Shown here: piece by piece, positions 10,393 to 20,123 of the stretch | Layout: each line of letters opens with the position of its first letter | Position numbering within the stretch: position 1 is the first letter of the stretch | From: Thermoplasmata archaeon | Lineage (GTDB): Archaea; Thermoplasmatota; Thermoplasmata; Lutacidiplasmatales; UBA184 | NCBI GenBank assembly: GCA_022750435.1 | Contig: JAKIVS010000001.1 | Span: 221,703 to 285,702, forward strand | Length of the DNA stretch: 64,000 bases | Direction: 5' to 3' | Program-made: the position numbers and the translations under genes | Notes under the pieces: model-generated | Told to the model about the DNA's origin: nothing | What the model saw: the letters and a program-made list of their open reading frames with translations, nothing else | The model's database searches: none

Positions 10393-11118
10393 ATGAACGA
10401 ACCACCGTGGGTCCGATACGAGGGGGAGGGATTCCGCCGGGAGCTCACGACGTTCAAGATGGCGAACCACCCGTTCCGCACGCACCCGTTCTTCCAAGAG
10501 ATCGAGCGCGGCCAAGCTCCGGTCGCGACGGTCCAGCGGTGGGTCGGGCAGTTCTACCCCTGGCTCGCGTGCGTGCCGATCGCCATGGCGGAGCGGTTCG
10601 CACGCTGCTCGTACGAGCCTTCGAACGACCGGTTCCGGACGATGATCCTCGACCAGCTGCTCGAGGAGGCCGGCGACCCGAAGGGGAAGGCCCCGGGGCA
10701 CCCGGAGCTGTGGCTCCGATTCTGCGAGGGGATCGGCGTCCCGCGCGCCACCGTCCTCGCGACCCCGCACCTGCCGAGTACGCTCGTCGCCATCGACGAC
10801 TTCCTGTACATCAACCGCGAATCGCCGTTCTACATCTCCGCGGCAGGCTCCTCCGAGCCCCCCAACGTGGAGCTTTGCCAGCGCCTCTATCCGGCGTTCG
10901 CGAAACACTACAAAGTCCCGGAGGAGGCGCTCGAGTACTACCGGCTGCACGTCACCGCCGACGAAGAGCACAGCCGGTTCGTCGGCGAAATGGTGGCAGC
11001 GTTCGCGCACACCGTGGAGATTCGCAAGCAGATGTGGGACACGATGCTGCGCGGCTTCGCGTTGCACGCCCTCCTGGTCGACGGCGTCCTGGCGACCACC
11101 CGGACCGCCGGGTCGTGA
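10393..11118 (+). CDS. Heme-oxygenase-like diiron protein (CADD/PqqC/TenA-like)
   Basis: HPFF..., EE..G...HPELWLRF..GIG, a central E and YYRLHxxxDxxH metal-ligand set. Confidence 0.8.
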   Translation: MNEPPWVRYEGEGFRRELTTFKMANHPFRTHPFFQEIERGQAPVATVQRWVGQFYPWLACVPIAMAERFARCSYEPSNDRFRTMILDQLLEEAGDPKGKAPGHPELWLRFCEGIGVPRATVLATPHLPSTLVAIDDFLYINRESPFYISAAGSSEPPNVELCQRLYPAFAKHYKVPEEALEYYRLHVTADEEHSRFVGEMVAAFAHTVEIRKQMWDTMLRGFALHALLVDGVLATTRTAGS

Positions 11119-11152
11119 ACCGGCGGAGCACGCCGCCCGGCGAGCGTCCGCG

Positions 11153-11911
11153 ATGAACTACGGCACCACGATCCGACTCCGCCGGTTGTTCCCTCGCGCT
11201 GGGCGACGGCTCTTTTCGGTTCCGTTGGACCATTCCGTCTCGATGGGCCCGATCGACGGGCTCGAGGCGACCGGACCGGTCGCGGCCACGCTCCAGGACG
11301 CCGGTGTCGATCTCTTGATCGTCACGAAGGGCGCGGTCCGCGACGTCGCGAACGACCTCCGCCCCGGGACCCTCCTCGGGGTGCACGTGTCGGCGTCGAC
11401 GTCCCTCGGCCCGACCTCGAACCACAAAGTGCTGGTCGGAACCCCCGCCGAAGCGGTCGGCCTGGGGGCCGACCTGTTGAGCGTCCAGGTGAACTTCGGC
11501 ACTCCCGAGGAGGGAGCGATGCTCCAGGACCTCGGGACCGCGGTGGACGGGTGCCGGTCGCTCGGCCTCCCGCTCCTCTGCATGGCCTACGTCAAAAAGC
11601 CGGACGGAGCCCCGACGGCCGACGAACTTCGGCACGCCTGTCGAGCGGCGGCAGACCTCGGGGCCGACATGGTCAAGACCAGCTATCCGGGCACGCTCGA
11701 AGAGCTTCGTCGCTTGGTTCGCACGACGCCGGTCCCCGTCCTCCTCGGCGGCGGGGCCAAGACGAGCGACGATGCGGCGTTCCTCGCGGTCGTGCGCGAG
11801 ACGATCGAGGCGGGAGCCGGTGGCATCTGCATCGGCCGCAACCTGTTCCAACGGCAGCCCCTCGGCCCGCTGGCCCGCCAGGTCGCCCAGTTGCTCCACG
11901 GGACAGGCTGA
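11153..11911 (+). CDS. aroA': 2-amino-3,7-dideoxy-D-threo-hept-6-ulosonate synthase (DhnA-type class I aldolase)
   Basis: PLDHSVSMGPIDGL and LGADMVKTSY (Schiff-base Lys), GRNLFQ; immediately upstream of DHQ synthase II. Confidence 0.85.
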   Translation: MNYGTTIRLRRLFPRAGRRLFSVPLDHSVSMGPIDGLEATGPVAATLQDAGVDLLIVTKGAVRDVANDLRPGTLLGVHVSASTSLGPTSNHKVLVGTPAEAVGLGADLLSVQVNFGTPEEGAMLQDLGTAVDGCRSLGLPLLCMAYVKKPDGAPTADELRHACRAAADLGADMVKTSYPGTLEELRRLVRTTPVPVLLGGGAKTSDDAAFLAVVRETIEAGAGGICIGRNLFQRQPLGPLARQVAQLLHGTG

Positions 11912-11924
11912 CTCCGGGGTCGCC

Positions 11925-12944
11925 GTGTCGTCCGACCGCATCATCGTTCACCCTGTCCACCCGGATCCGAGGGTCCGGGCCGAGGTCGTTGCGCAGGCGT
12001 ACCGGCGCGGCTTTCGCAGGTTCGCCATCTCCGAGAGAGACTCCCTCCCCGACGGGGTCGAACGGGTGACCGTCACCGACACGGAGTACCGTTCTCCGGA
12101 CGGAGCGAGACTCCTTCGTCGCGACGTGGAGAACGCGGCGGCGCTCGCGGATGCGATTCGGGAGGCGAAGAGCACCGGCGGCGTCGCACTTCGTTGGACC
12201 TCGGACCGCGTGATCCCGCTCGAGAACACGATCGCCCACCACCGAGGTTCGTTCCGGCTCTGGACCACCACTTCGCGGCCGGAGGAGGTTCCGGGGCTGT
12301 TGGGCGCCCTCGAGCATGGGGCGGATGCGGTCGTCGTGGAACTCCGGACCCCTGAGGAGGTCGACCGACTGGAGGCGCTCCTCGACGCCCGGGCTCGGCC
12401 GCCGGTCGCGTGGACGCTCGGACGGGTCGTTCGGGTCACCCCCGTCGGTCTCTCCGACCGCGTCCTCCTCGATACGACGTCCCTGCTCACGGAGTCGGAG
12501 GGCGTGCTGGTCGGCAGTCGCGCGGCCGCCCTCTTCCACCTGCGGAGCGAGGCGCTCGGCTCGGCGCACTCCCGCCCCCGACGGTTCCGGGTGAACGCGG
12601 GAGCCCCCCACTCCTACGTTCTGATGGCGGACGGCTCCACCCGGTATCTTTCGGAGCTCGAACCCGGCGAGGAACTCCTCGCCGTCGACCGGACCGGCAC
12701 GACGCGCGGGGTTCGCCTCGGGCGCCTCAAGATCGAGCGCCGTCCGACGGTGCTCCTCGAGGCGTCCGTGGGTCCGGCCCGCGCCATCGTGTTCGTCCAG
12801 GAGGCCGAAACCGTTCGGTTGTCCGGGGTCTCCGGCGCCCTCTCGGTGACGTCCCTCTCCGTCGGAACCGACGTACTCGTGGCGGACCTGCCTCCGGGCC
12901 GCCACCTCGGCCACGCGATCGACGAAACGATCGAGGAGCGATGA
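11925..12944 (+). CDS. aroB': 3-dehydroquinate synthase II
   Basis: VIPLEN, ALEHGAD, DRVLLDT, RFRVNAGAPHSY, TRYLSEL, GRLKIERRP, QEAETVRL and GRHLG...IEE motifs. Confidence 0.92.
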   Translation: MSSDRIIVHPVHPDPRVRAEVVAQAYRRGFRRFAISERDSLPDGVERVTVTDTEYRSPDGARLLRRDVENAAALADAIREAKSTGGVALRWTSDRVIPLENTIAHHRGSFRLWTTTSRPEEVPGLLGALEHGADAVVVELRTPEEVDRLEALLDARARPPVAWTLGRVVRVTPVGLSDRVLLDTTSLLTESEGVLVGSRAAALFHLRSEALGSAHSRPRRFRVNAGAPHSYVLMADGSTRYLSELEPGEELLAVDRTGTTRGVRLGRLKIERRPTVLLEASVGPARAIVFVQEAETVRLSGVSGALSVTSLSVGTDVLVADLPPGRHLGHAIDETIEER

Positions 12945-14440
12945 ATCCCCGGCCCCGTCTGATCGTGACGCTGCCGGCGCGGACGGTGGCCGAGGTCCGT
13001 TCGCAACGAGGGGTGGCCGTCCATGCCGGGGCGGACGTCCTGGAGGTCCGGGTCGACCGATGGACCTCCGAGCAGCGCTCCCGGGTCGGCCAACTGTTCC
13101 CGAGTCCCGTGCCCCTTCTGGCGACGCTCCGATCCCAAGCAGAAGGCGGAGAAGGACCCAACGATCCGACGGAGCGGGCCACCTGGATCGAGCAGGTCGC
13201 CGGTCACCCATTCGCCTGGATCGACCTCGAGCTGGAGCGAGACCCGCCTCCGACCCCCGGGCACGCCGGGACGCCTCCGCGCTGGGTCGGCTCCCGGCAC
13301 TTCCCGGCGGAGACACCGCTTCCCGTCCTGGAGGATTCGATTCGAGCGTCTCCCGAGCGATTCGCGTTCACCAAATTTGTCGTGCCCGCCTCGGTCGAAC
13401 GGTACTATCGGGAGATCCGGCCCCGGCTCCCCGAGTGGGTCGGACCTCGGACCACGGTGTTCACCACGGGCCCGTCCGGCCCGCTCGGCCGACTCTGGGC
13501 GCGCGAGCTCGGGCAACCGGTCGTGTTTGCCTCGTTGCCTCTCGACGACGTCGCTTCGACCGGTCCTCCCGTCGAGCCCGCGCAAGTGCCCGTCGACCAA
13601 CTGCACCGGAGTTGGGCGGTCGAGCCGGGTCGGAAGTTCGCCGTCGTGGGCCATCCGATCGCCCACAGCCTCTCGCCCACCATCCACGCCGGTTGGTTGG
13701 CGACCGAGCGCCGCGCCGCCAGCTTCGTGGACGTGGACGTCGCCAGCGCCGAGGAGCTGCGGCTTCTGGCGGATCCCGCGACCGGCGAACGTTGGGATGG
13801 CTGGAGCGTCACGGCGCCATGGAAGTCGCTCCTCCCCGGAATCGCCGACCACTGCAGCGATTCGGTCGTCGCCACGGGGGTGGCCAACACCGCCGCGTTC
13901 GGTGAGCAAGGGACCTCGGTCGATTTGACCGATGCGGAGGCGGTTCGCCGCCGATCCCTCGAGTTGGTCGGGGAGGGCGCCTGGGATGGGACCGAGGCCC
14001 TGGTGCTCGGCACTGGGGGCTCGGCCCGAGCGGCCCTCTACGCGCTCGCACCGAAGCGTCGGACGGTCCACCTCCTCGGACGGCGTGCCGAGGCCGTGGA
14101 ACGTCTCTCGAAGGAGTTGGGCGGTCGCCCCGCGAACCCACGGGACCGGCACGCGGTGGGGCTCGTCGTGCACGCGACGACCTTCGGGCGGGCCGGCTCC
14201 GGCCCCCTCGCACTGGACGTGGACGGGTGGGTGGGACCGGGCACGACCGTCCTCGATTTCGTGTACGCTCCGGAGGATTCCACGCTCCGCCGGAGGGCGG
14301 AGTCGCTCGGGGCGCGCTACGAGGATGGGCGCCGCCTCCTGGTGTACCAGGCCGCCGACGCCCACCGGATCTGGTGGGGCGAAGCTCCCTCCGAAGCCGC
14401 CGTGGCGTCCGCCTTGCGGAGGGTCGGATGCGCGGCGTAG
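12941..14440 (+). CDS. aroDE: Fused type I 3-dehydroquinate dehydratase / shikimate dehydrogenase
   Basis: N-half EVRVD, ATLRSQAEGG, IDLE; C-half GHPIAHSLSP, SVTAPWK, VLGTGGSARA, DFVY, DGRRLLVYQA. ATGA overlap with aroB'. Confidence 0.88.
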   Translation: MNPRPRLIVTLPARTVAEVRSQRGVAVHAGADVLEVRVDRWTSEQRSRVGQLFPSPVPLLATLRSQAEGGEGPNDPTERATWIEQVAGHPFAWIDLELERDPPPTPGHAGTPPRWVGSRHFPAETPLPVLEDSIRASPERFAFTKFVVPASVERYYREIRPRLPEWVGPRTTVFTTGPSGPLGRLWARELGQPVVFASLPLDDVASTGPPVEPAQVPVDQLHRSWAVEPGRKFAVVGHPIAHSLSPTIHAGWLATERRAASFVDVDVASAEELRLLADPATGERWDGWSVTAPWKSLLPGIADHCSDSVVATGVANTAAFGEQGTSVDLTDAEAVRRRSLELVGEGAWDGTEALVLGTGGSARAALYALAPKRRTVHLLGRRAEAVERLSKELGGRPANPRDRHAVGLVVHATTFGRAGSGPLALDVDGWVGPGTTVLDFVYAPEDSTLRRRAESLGARYEDGRRLLVYQAADAHRIWWGEAPSEAAVASALRRVGCAA

Positions 14441-15297
14441 GCGCAGGCACCGCCGCGATCTCCTTCGTGAACGCGCTCTTCACGGGCACTGGCGCGGCGG
14501 CCGCCATCGGCATCACGGCGACGGCGACCGTCGAACTCCAGCCGGCCCCCCACGCCGGACATATCGTCCTGGAGGCGCCCTCGGACACACCGCTGGCGCG
14601 GGCGTCCGTACTCGATGCGATCCGCCGCTACGGCGACGCCACCGAGGTCGACGCCCGGATCCGGATCGATTCGGCGATCCCCGTCGCCAAGGGCCTGAAG
14701 AGCTCCTCCGCGGTGGGCGTCGCCATCGCGCGGGCGGTCGCCGCGGCGTACGGGCGGAACCCGACCGACGAAGAGGTGGCCCGAGCGTCCGCGGAGGTTT
14801 CGCAGACTCTCGGCGTGAGCGCTACCGGCGCCTTCGACGACGCGCTCGCTTCGGCCGCGGGTGGCGTCGTGGTCACCGACAACCGGAGCCGGCGCGTACG
14901 GCTGCGGGGCTTCGTCGACCCCGACTGGGCCCTCGTCCTCTGGACACCATCGGGCACCCACGCTCTGAGCCCCGCATGGACCGAGCGATTCGCCGCAGAA
15001 CGGGTCACGGCCCTCGCGGCGGTCGAGGCGGCGGAGCGCGGGGAGTGGCTCACAGCGCTCTCGGCCAACACCGAGATCGTCGAGCGGGTGATGGGGTACG
15101 ACTATCGGCCGCTCCGTCGAGCGCTCGAGCGCTCGGGAGCGTTGGGGAGCGGGGTCAGCGGGCTCGGACCTGCGCTCGCGACCATCGCGCCCCGCGCCCG
15201 ACTCCGAGACGTCCTGCGGGGCCACCCGGCCGGAACGGCGGCCGTGGCCGCGGCGGAGTTCGTCCCCCCCGACCCTCGAGGGAGCGGTTCGGGATGA
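14428..15297 (+). CDS. aroK: Archaeal shikimate kinase (GHMP family)
   Basis: AISFVNALFTG, IPVAKGLKSSSA, SATGAFDDA, VTDN and SGLGPA motifs. Confidence 0.92.
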   Translation: MRGVGAGTAAISFVNALFTGTGAAAAIGITATATVELQPAPHAGHIVLEAPSDTPLARASVLDAIRRYGDATEVDARIRIDSAIPVAKGLKSSSAVGVAIARAVAAAYGRNPTDEEVARASAEVSQTLGVSATGAFDDALASAAGGVVVTDNRSRRVRLRGFVDPDWALVLWTPSGTHALSPAWTERFAAERVTALAAVEAAERGEWLTALSANTEIVERVMGYDYRPLRRALERSGALGSGVSGLGPALATIAPRARLRDVLRGHPAGTAAVAAAEFVPPDPRGSGSG

Positions 15298-16565
15298 GCG
15301 TCCGTCGGGTACGCCCCGGAATCGCGGCCGGCCGCCTCCGGGCTCCTCCCTCCAAGAGCTACACGCACAGGGCGGTCTTGGCGGCGCACTTCGTCGGGCA
15401 CCGATACCGGATTGAGGATCCCTTGGTCGCCGACGATACTCTGGCCACCCTCCGGGCGGTCCGCGCCCTCGGCACGGCCGGGACACGCCGCCGCGGCCGG
15501 TGGGAGCTGGCACCCGGAGCGGTCCCGAAGCTTCAGCGGGTCATTGATTGCGGCGAGTCGGGAACGACCCTCCGTTTCCTCCTGCCCGCCGCCGCTCGTC
15601 TCTCCTCCCCCGTGCGATTCGCGCTCGGTCCGGGGCTCCGTCGGAGACCGCTCGCCCACGGCCTCGCCGCCCTGCGGGCCGCGGGAGCGCGCGTGACGGG
15701 CGACGGCCGGTCCCCGAAGTTTCTGGATGTCCGCGGACCCATCCATCCGCTCCACGGGACGGTCGACGCGTCCGAGAGCTCCCAATTCCTCTCCGGACTC
15801 CTCTACGCGCTTCCCGGTCTCCCGAGCTCGTCGGTTCTGAGCCGAGTCGGCTCGATCGTCTCCGAGCCGTACTTGGAAGCGACGGTTCGGATGCTGGCCG
15901 CCCACGGAGTAACGGTGCATCGTCACGGTCGACGGTTCGAGGTCCCGGCCCCCCAGGAATTCTCCGGAGCACGGTTCCGAGTTCCGGGGGACGCGTCGTC
16001 GGCCGCCTACCACTGGGCCGCCGCGGCGGCCACGGGGGGGTCGGTCACGGTCGAGGGTATCTCCCCCGAGTGGCCCCAAGCGGACCTCGCGATCCTGACG
16101 GCCCTGGCGAACGCCGGGGTCGAGGTGCGCCGGCGGGCCCGCTCGGTGACGGTCTCCGGGCGCCCGCAGCGCCCGCTTCGGGCGGATCTCGACGGCAGCC
16201 CGGACCTCCTGCCTCTCCTCGGCGTGCTCGCCGCGACGACCGTCGGCACGTCGCGATTGCGGGGCGCCGCGCACGCCGGGGCGAAGGAATCGAATCGTCG
16301 CCGGGAGACGGCGAAGCTCGCACGGGCAATGGGCGCCCACGTGTCGACCGGTCCCGCGGTCGTGGCGATCACCGGGACGGACCGCCCGAGCAGCTTTTCC
16401 TACGACGGGGCCGGCGACCATCGGATGGTGATGAGCGCCGCCGTCGGAGCGCTGGTGGGGAAATCGGCCTCTCGCATCGGCTCGGCGGAGACGGTCCGCA
16501 AGTCCTACCCTGAGTTCTGGTCCGACTTCCACCAACTCACCGGCGCCGCGGAGGGCGGCCGATGA
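15294..16565 (+). CDS. aroA: 3-phosphoshikimate 1-carboxyvinyltransferase (EPSP synthase)
   Basis: PPSKSYTHRA, CGESGTTLRF, SSQFLSGL, PGDASSA, KESNR, DHRMVM and KSYPEF motifs. Confidence 0.93.
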   Translation: MSVRRVRPGIAAGRLRAPPSKSYTHRAVLAAHFVGHRYRIEDPLVADDTLATLRAVRALGTAGTRRRGRWELAPGAVPKLQRVIDCGESGTTLRFLLPAAARLSSPVRFALGPGLRRRPLAHGLAALRAAGARVTGDGRSPKFLDVRGPIHPLHGTVDASESSQFLSGLLYALPGLPSSSVLSRVGSIVSEPYLEATVRMLAAHGVTVHRHGRRFEVPAPQEFSGARFRVPGDASSAAYHWAAAAATGGSVTVEGISPEWPQADLAILTALANAGVEVRRRARSVTVSGRPQRPLRADLDGSPDLLPLLGVLAATTVGTSRLRGAAHAGAKESNRRRETAKLARAMGAHVSTGPAVVAITGTDRPSSFSYDGAGDHRMVMSAAVGALVGKSASRIGSAETVRKSYPEFWSDFHQLTGAAEGGR

Positions 16566-17647
16566 TGACCTATGGGACCCGGTTCCGGGTGACTCTCTTC
16601 GGGAGCAGCCACGGGCCCGAGGTCGGGGCGGTCATCGAGGGAGTTCCGGCGGGTCGACCCGTCGATGCGGCGATTCTCCAATCGGCCCTGGACCGTCGAC
16701 GACCCGTCGGACGTCGCCTCGCGAGCCGCCGCCAGGAAGAGGATCGACTGATCCTGGACGAGGGGGTCGAAGACGGCGTCGCCACGGGCGCCCCCATCCG
16801 GCTGCACGTCGCGAACACGGACGTCCGCCGGTCGGACTACGACGGGATCCGTTCGACGCCGCGCCCGGGGCACGCCGACTATCCGGCGCGCCTCCGCTAC
16901 GGGGAGGCCGCCGACCTGTCCGGCGGCGGAATTTTCTCAGGGCGGATGACGGTGGGCCTCGTCGCCGCAGGAGCGATCGCGTCGACGTGGTTGCGAGAAA
17001 TCGGTGTCGAGGTCGTCGGGTACGTCCGTTCCATCGCCGACGTGACCGCCACGGTCGACGAGGGAATCCCGATCGGGGACCTCCGGTCGGCCCGGGACCG
17101 GAATGAGGTCGGCTGCCCCGACGATGGGGTCGCAACGCAGATGGCCGAGCGAATCGCGGACGCGCGGCGGGCGGGCGACAGCGTCGGGGGCATCGTCGTC
17201 GTGCGAGCCGCCGGAATCCCGGTCGGCATCGGGGAGCCGTTCTTCGATTCGGTCGAGAGCGCGATCGCCCATCTCGCCTTTTCCGTTCCGGCAGTGAAGG
17301 GGGTCGAGTTCGGGGCCGGGTTCGCCTCCGCCCGGATGCGGGGAAGCGAACACAACGATGCGTTCTACCTCGACGGCGGGACCGTGCGGACACGGACCAA
17401 CCACGCGGGGGGCATTCTCGGAGGGTTGACCGACGGGATGGACGTCGTCGCCCGGTTCGCGGTCAAGCCGACGTCGTCGATCGCCCGACCTCAAGAGACC
17501 GTCGACCTCGCTCGGCGGGCCGGCACCACCATCGTAGTTCCCGGCCGGCACGACCCGTGCATCGTGCCGAGGGCTGTGCCCGTCCTCGAGGCCGTCGTCG
17601 CGATCGCCATCGCGGACCTCGCGCTGCGCAGCGGGGCGCTCCGATGA
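16562..17647 (+). CDS. aroC: Chorismate synthase
   Basis: FGSSHG, PRPGHAD, SGR.T, DSVGG, PAVKGVEFG, NHAGGILGG, KPTSSI and GRHDPCIVPRA motifs. Confidence 0.95.
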   Translation: MMTYGTRFRVTLFGSSHGPEVGAVIEGVPAGRPVDAAILQSALDRRRPVGRRLASRRQEEDRLILDEGVEDGVATGAPIRLHVANTDVRRSDYDGIRSTPRPGHADYPARLRYGEAADLSGGGIFSGRMTVGLVAAGAIASTWLREIGVEVVGYVRSIADVTATVDEGIPIGDLRSARDRNEVGCPDDGVATQMAERIADARRAGDSVGGIVVVRAAGIPVGIGEPFFDSVESAIAHLAFSVPAVKGVEFGAGFASARMRGSEHNDAFYLDGGTVRTRTNHAGGILGGLTDGMDVVARFAVKPTSSIARPQETVDLARRAGTTIVVPGRHDPCIVPRAVPVLEAVVAIAIADLALRSGALR

Positions 17648-18702
17648 GACGGGGCGAGTTTCGGCCGGCGATCCTCGGTGCCTCCGGCTACATCGGACAA
17701 CACTTTGCCCGCCTGCTCGCCCGCCACCCGACGTTCGCCGACCCGATCCTCGTGACGAGCGAGCGGTCGGCGGGCCGGCGACTCGAGGACGTTTGGGCGC
17801 TCACCGAGGCCGCGCCGTCGGTCCTGGCACGGCAGCGTCTGCGCGCGGCTTCCCCTCGGACCCTCGCGGCGCTCGGCGTCAATCTCGTCTTCTCCGCATT
17901 GCCGTCGGGCGTGGCCCGTTCCACGGAAACCGCGGTGGTCACCCGGGGGATCCCGGTCTTCACCAACGCCGCCGACCATCGCGGTGACCTCGGTGTTCCG
18001 CTCGTCGTGCCCGAGGTCAACCCCGGCGAGCTTCGCCGCTCGGCGCGACGGCCCCGCGGCTCGGCCCTCCTGGTCGCGAACCCGAACTGCACCGCCACCG
18101 GACTTGCGCTCGGCCTCGCGCCCGTGTGGAACCTGCTGGCTCCCCGCGAGGTCCACGTCAGCACCTACCAGGCCCTGTCGGGGGCCGGACTTCCCGGCCT
18201 CGCCGCCGGGCACGGCCTCGACAACGTGGTTCCGTACATCGACGGAGAGGAAGAGAAGGTGGCGGGCGAATCGCTCCGCATCCTTCACGGCGGCGGCGCC
18301 GCGACCGCCCGGACGCGGGTTCTCGTCCACGCGGCCCGGGTCCCCGTCCGAGATGGCCATCTGGAGGCGGTCACGATCGTGGCGCGCCGGCGGCCAACTC
18401 TCGACCAGCTCCGTCGGGCGTGGAGGGGGTTCGACCCACTCGCCGAACGCGCACTCCCGACTTCTCCCCATCCGCCGGTCGTCGTTCGGGACGAGGCCGA
18501 TCGGCCTCAGACGCGGCTGGACCGATGGGCGGGCACGCCGGCCCGGGCCCGGGGCATGGCGGCGGTCGTCGGACGGGTCCGCTGGGAGCCCCCCTACCTG
18601 CGACTCTTCCTTCTGAGCCACAACGCGGTCCGGGGGGGAGCGGGTGGCTCCGTGCTCAACGCCGAACTCGCCCTCGCGGATGGGATGTTGGCCGCCCGAT
18701 GA
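17644..18702 (+). CDS. asd: Aspartate-semialdehyde dehydrogenase (archaeal type)
   Basis: ILGASGYIGQ, VPEVN, NPNC (catalytic Cys), TYQALSGAG and HNAVRGGAG motifs. Confidence 0.93.
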   Translation: MRRGEFRPAILGASGYIGQHFARLLARHPTFADPILVTSERSAGRRLEDVWALTEAAPSVLARQRLRAASPRTLAALGVNLVFSALPSGVARSTETAVVTRGIPVFTNAADHRGDLGVPLVVPEVNPGELRRSARRPRGSALLVANPNCTATGLALGLAPVWNLLAPREVHVSTYQALSGAGLPGLAAGHGLDNVVPYIDGEEEKVAGESLRILHGGGAATARTRVLVHAARVPVRDGHLEAVTIVARRRPTLDQLRRAWRGFDPLAERALPTSPHPPVVVRDEADRPQTRLDRWAGTPARARGMAAVVGRVRWEPPYLRLFLLSHNAVRGGAGGSVLNAELALADGMLAAR

Positions 18703-20123
18703 ACCGTCGCCGCTCCCGCCCCGTCGTCGTCAAGTTCGGCGGCGCGGCACTCGCCGACGTCGCCGCCGTGGCCGCCCGGATCCGGAGCCTCTCCTCCGAC
18801 GGCGCACCGCTCGTGGTGGTCGTGTCCGCGCGGGAAGGGGTCACCGACCGGCTCCTCGCGGCGTGCGAGCCCAGGGCCACGAGCGCCGGCATCGACCGGA
18901 CCCTCCGATGGGTGCGCGACCGTCACCCAGGTTCCGGCGTCGCCGGCGAACGGCACCTCGCCGAGCTCGAACGCGGCCTCCGCAGCGGGGCGGTCGGTTC
19001 CCCCGCTCGCACCGACCGGATCCTGGCGATCGGAGAACGGCTCGCGGTCGACTGGCTCGTGCCCGCCTTGCGTTCGTTGGGGATCGACTGTGTCGGCGTA
19101 GACGCCGCCGCGCTCGGCTTGTGGACGGACGGTCGTCACGGTGGGGCGCTCATCGACCTCGACCAGTCCCGGGGTCCGGTGCGCGCGGGACTCGGCGCCC
19201 TGCTGGCGCGCGGCACCGTCCCGATCGTCACCGGATTCCTTGGACGCGGACGGCACGGAGAGCCGGTCACGTTGGGCCGGGGCGGTTCGGACTACTCGGC
19301 GAGCGCCATCGCGGCCCTCCTGGAGGCCCGCTTCGTGGAGTTGATGAAGCCCGAAGCCTCGATCCTCTCCGCCGACCCTTCGATGGTGTCGGCGGCCCGT
19401 CCGATTCCCTACCTCACGTACGCCGAAGCGGAGGAGCTGGCCGAGTTCGGGGCTCGCGTTCTCCACCCGATGACCGTCGAACCGGCGCGCCGGCACGGAG
19501 TCGAGATCCGGGTCCGCTCGATGCGGCGACCGGACGAACTCACCGTCGTCGGTCCCGCGGCCGCGGCATCCGTCGGCGTGCGAGCGCTGACCCTCTCCCC
19601 GACGGTCCACTTGTTCCGACTGCGATTCCCGGGCGGCCGGCGACGCCCGGGCGTTCTCGCCGAGTTGTGCGCGCGGCTCGCCGAGGCCGGGGTGCCCGTC
19701 CTGCAGGCGTTCACCTCGGCCGCTGTCGTCTCGGTCGTGGTGGAGACCCATCGGAGTTCGAGCGCCGGGCCGGTGTTGGGCCGATTGGTCGAGGCCCGGG
19801 GGGCGCACCTGGAACCCGCCGTCCCGGTCGTCCTCCTCGCCGCCGTCGGGTCCGGAGCGATTCGGGAACTCGCCCGCGTTCCTCCCGAGGTTCTCGCGGT
19901 GGGGCGGGGAGTCAGCGCGACCCGCGCGAGCGTGACGATCGCCGTGCCGGTCGAAGACGGGCAGCGCGCGCTCCGAGCCCTCCACACCGTCCTAATCGAG
20001 CGGGGGCCGACGCTCCGGCGAGCCCGGCCCGCGGTCCGTCGTCCTTTTGGCCCCCGACCGGGTCGCGCCCCCCGCCCGAGCCCGGCAGCGCGCCGACGTT
20101 CGGGAGGCAAGGCTCCTGCGTGA
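18699..20123 (+). CDS. lysC: Aspartate kinase
   Basis: VVKFGG, VVVSA, TLGRGGSDYSA, ADP...A.ELAEFGARVLHP and ACT-like C-terminus. Confidence 0.85.
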   Translation: MNRRRSRPVVVKFGGAALADVAAVAARIRSLSSDGAPLVVVVSAREGVTDRLLAACEPRATSAGIDRTLRWVRDRHPGSGVAGERHLAELERGLRSGAVGSPARTDRILAIGERLAVDWLVPALRSLGIDCVGVDAAALGLWTDGRHGGALIDLDQSRGPVRAGLGALLARGTVPIVTGFLGRGRHGEPVTLGRGGSDYSASAIAALLEARFVELMKPEASILSADPSMVSAARPIPYLTYAEAEELAEFGARVLHPMTVEPARRHGVEIRVRSMRRPDELTVVGPAAAASVGVRALTLSPTVHLFRLRFPGGRRRPGVLAELCARLAEAGVPVLQAFTSAAVVSVVVETHRSSSAGPVLGRLVEARGAHLEPAVPVVLLAAVGSGAIRELARVPPEVLAVGRGVSATRASVTIAVPVEDGQRALRALHTVLIERGPTLRRARPAVRRPFGPRPGRAPRPSPAARRRSGGKAPA

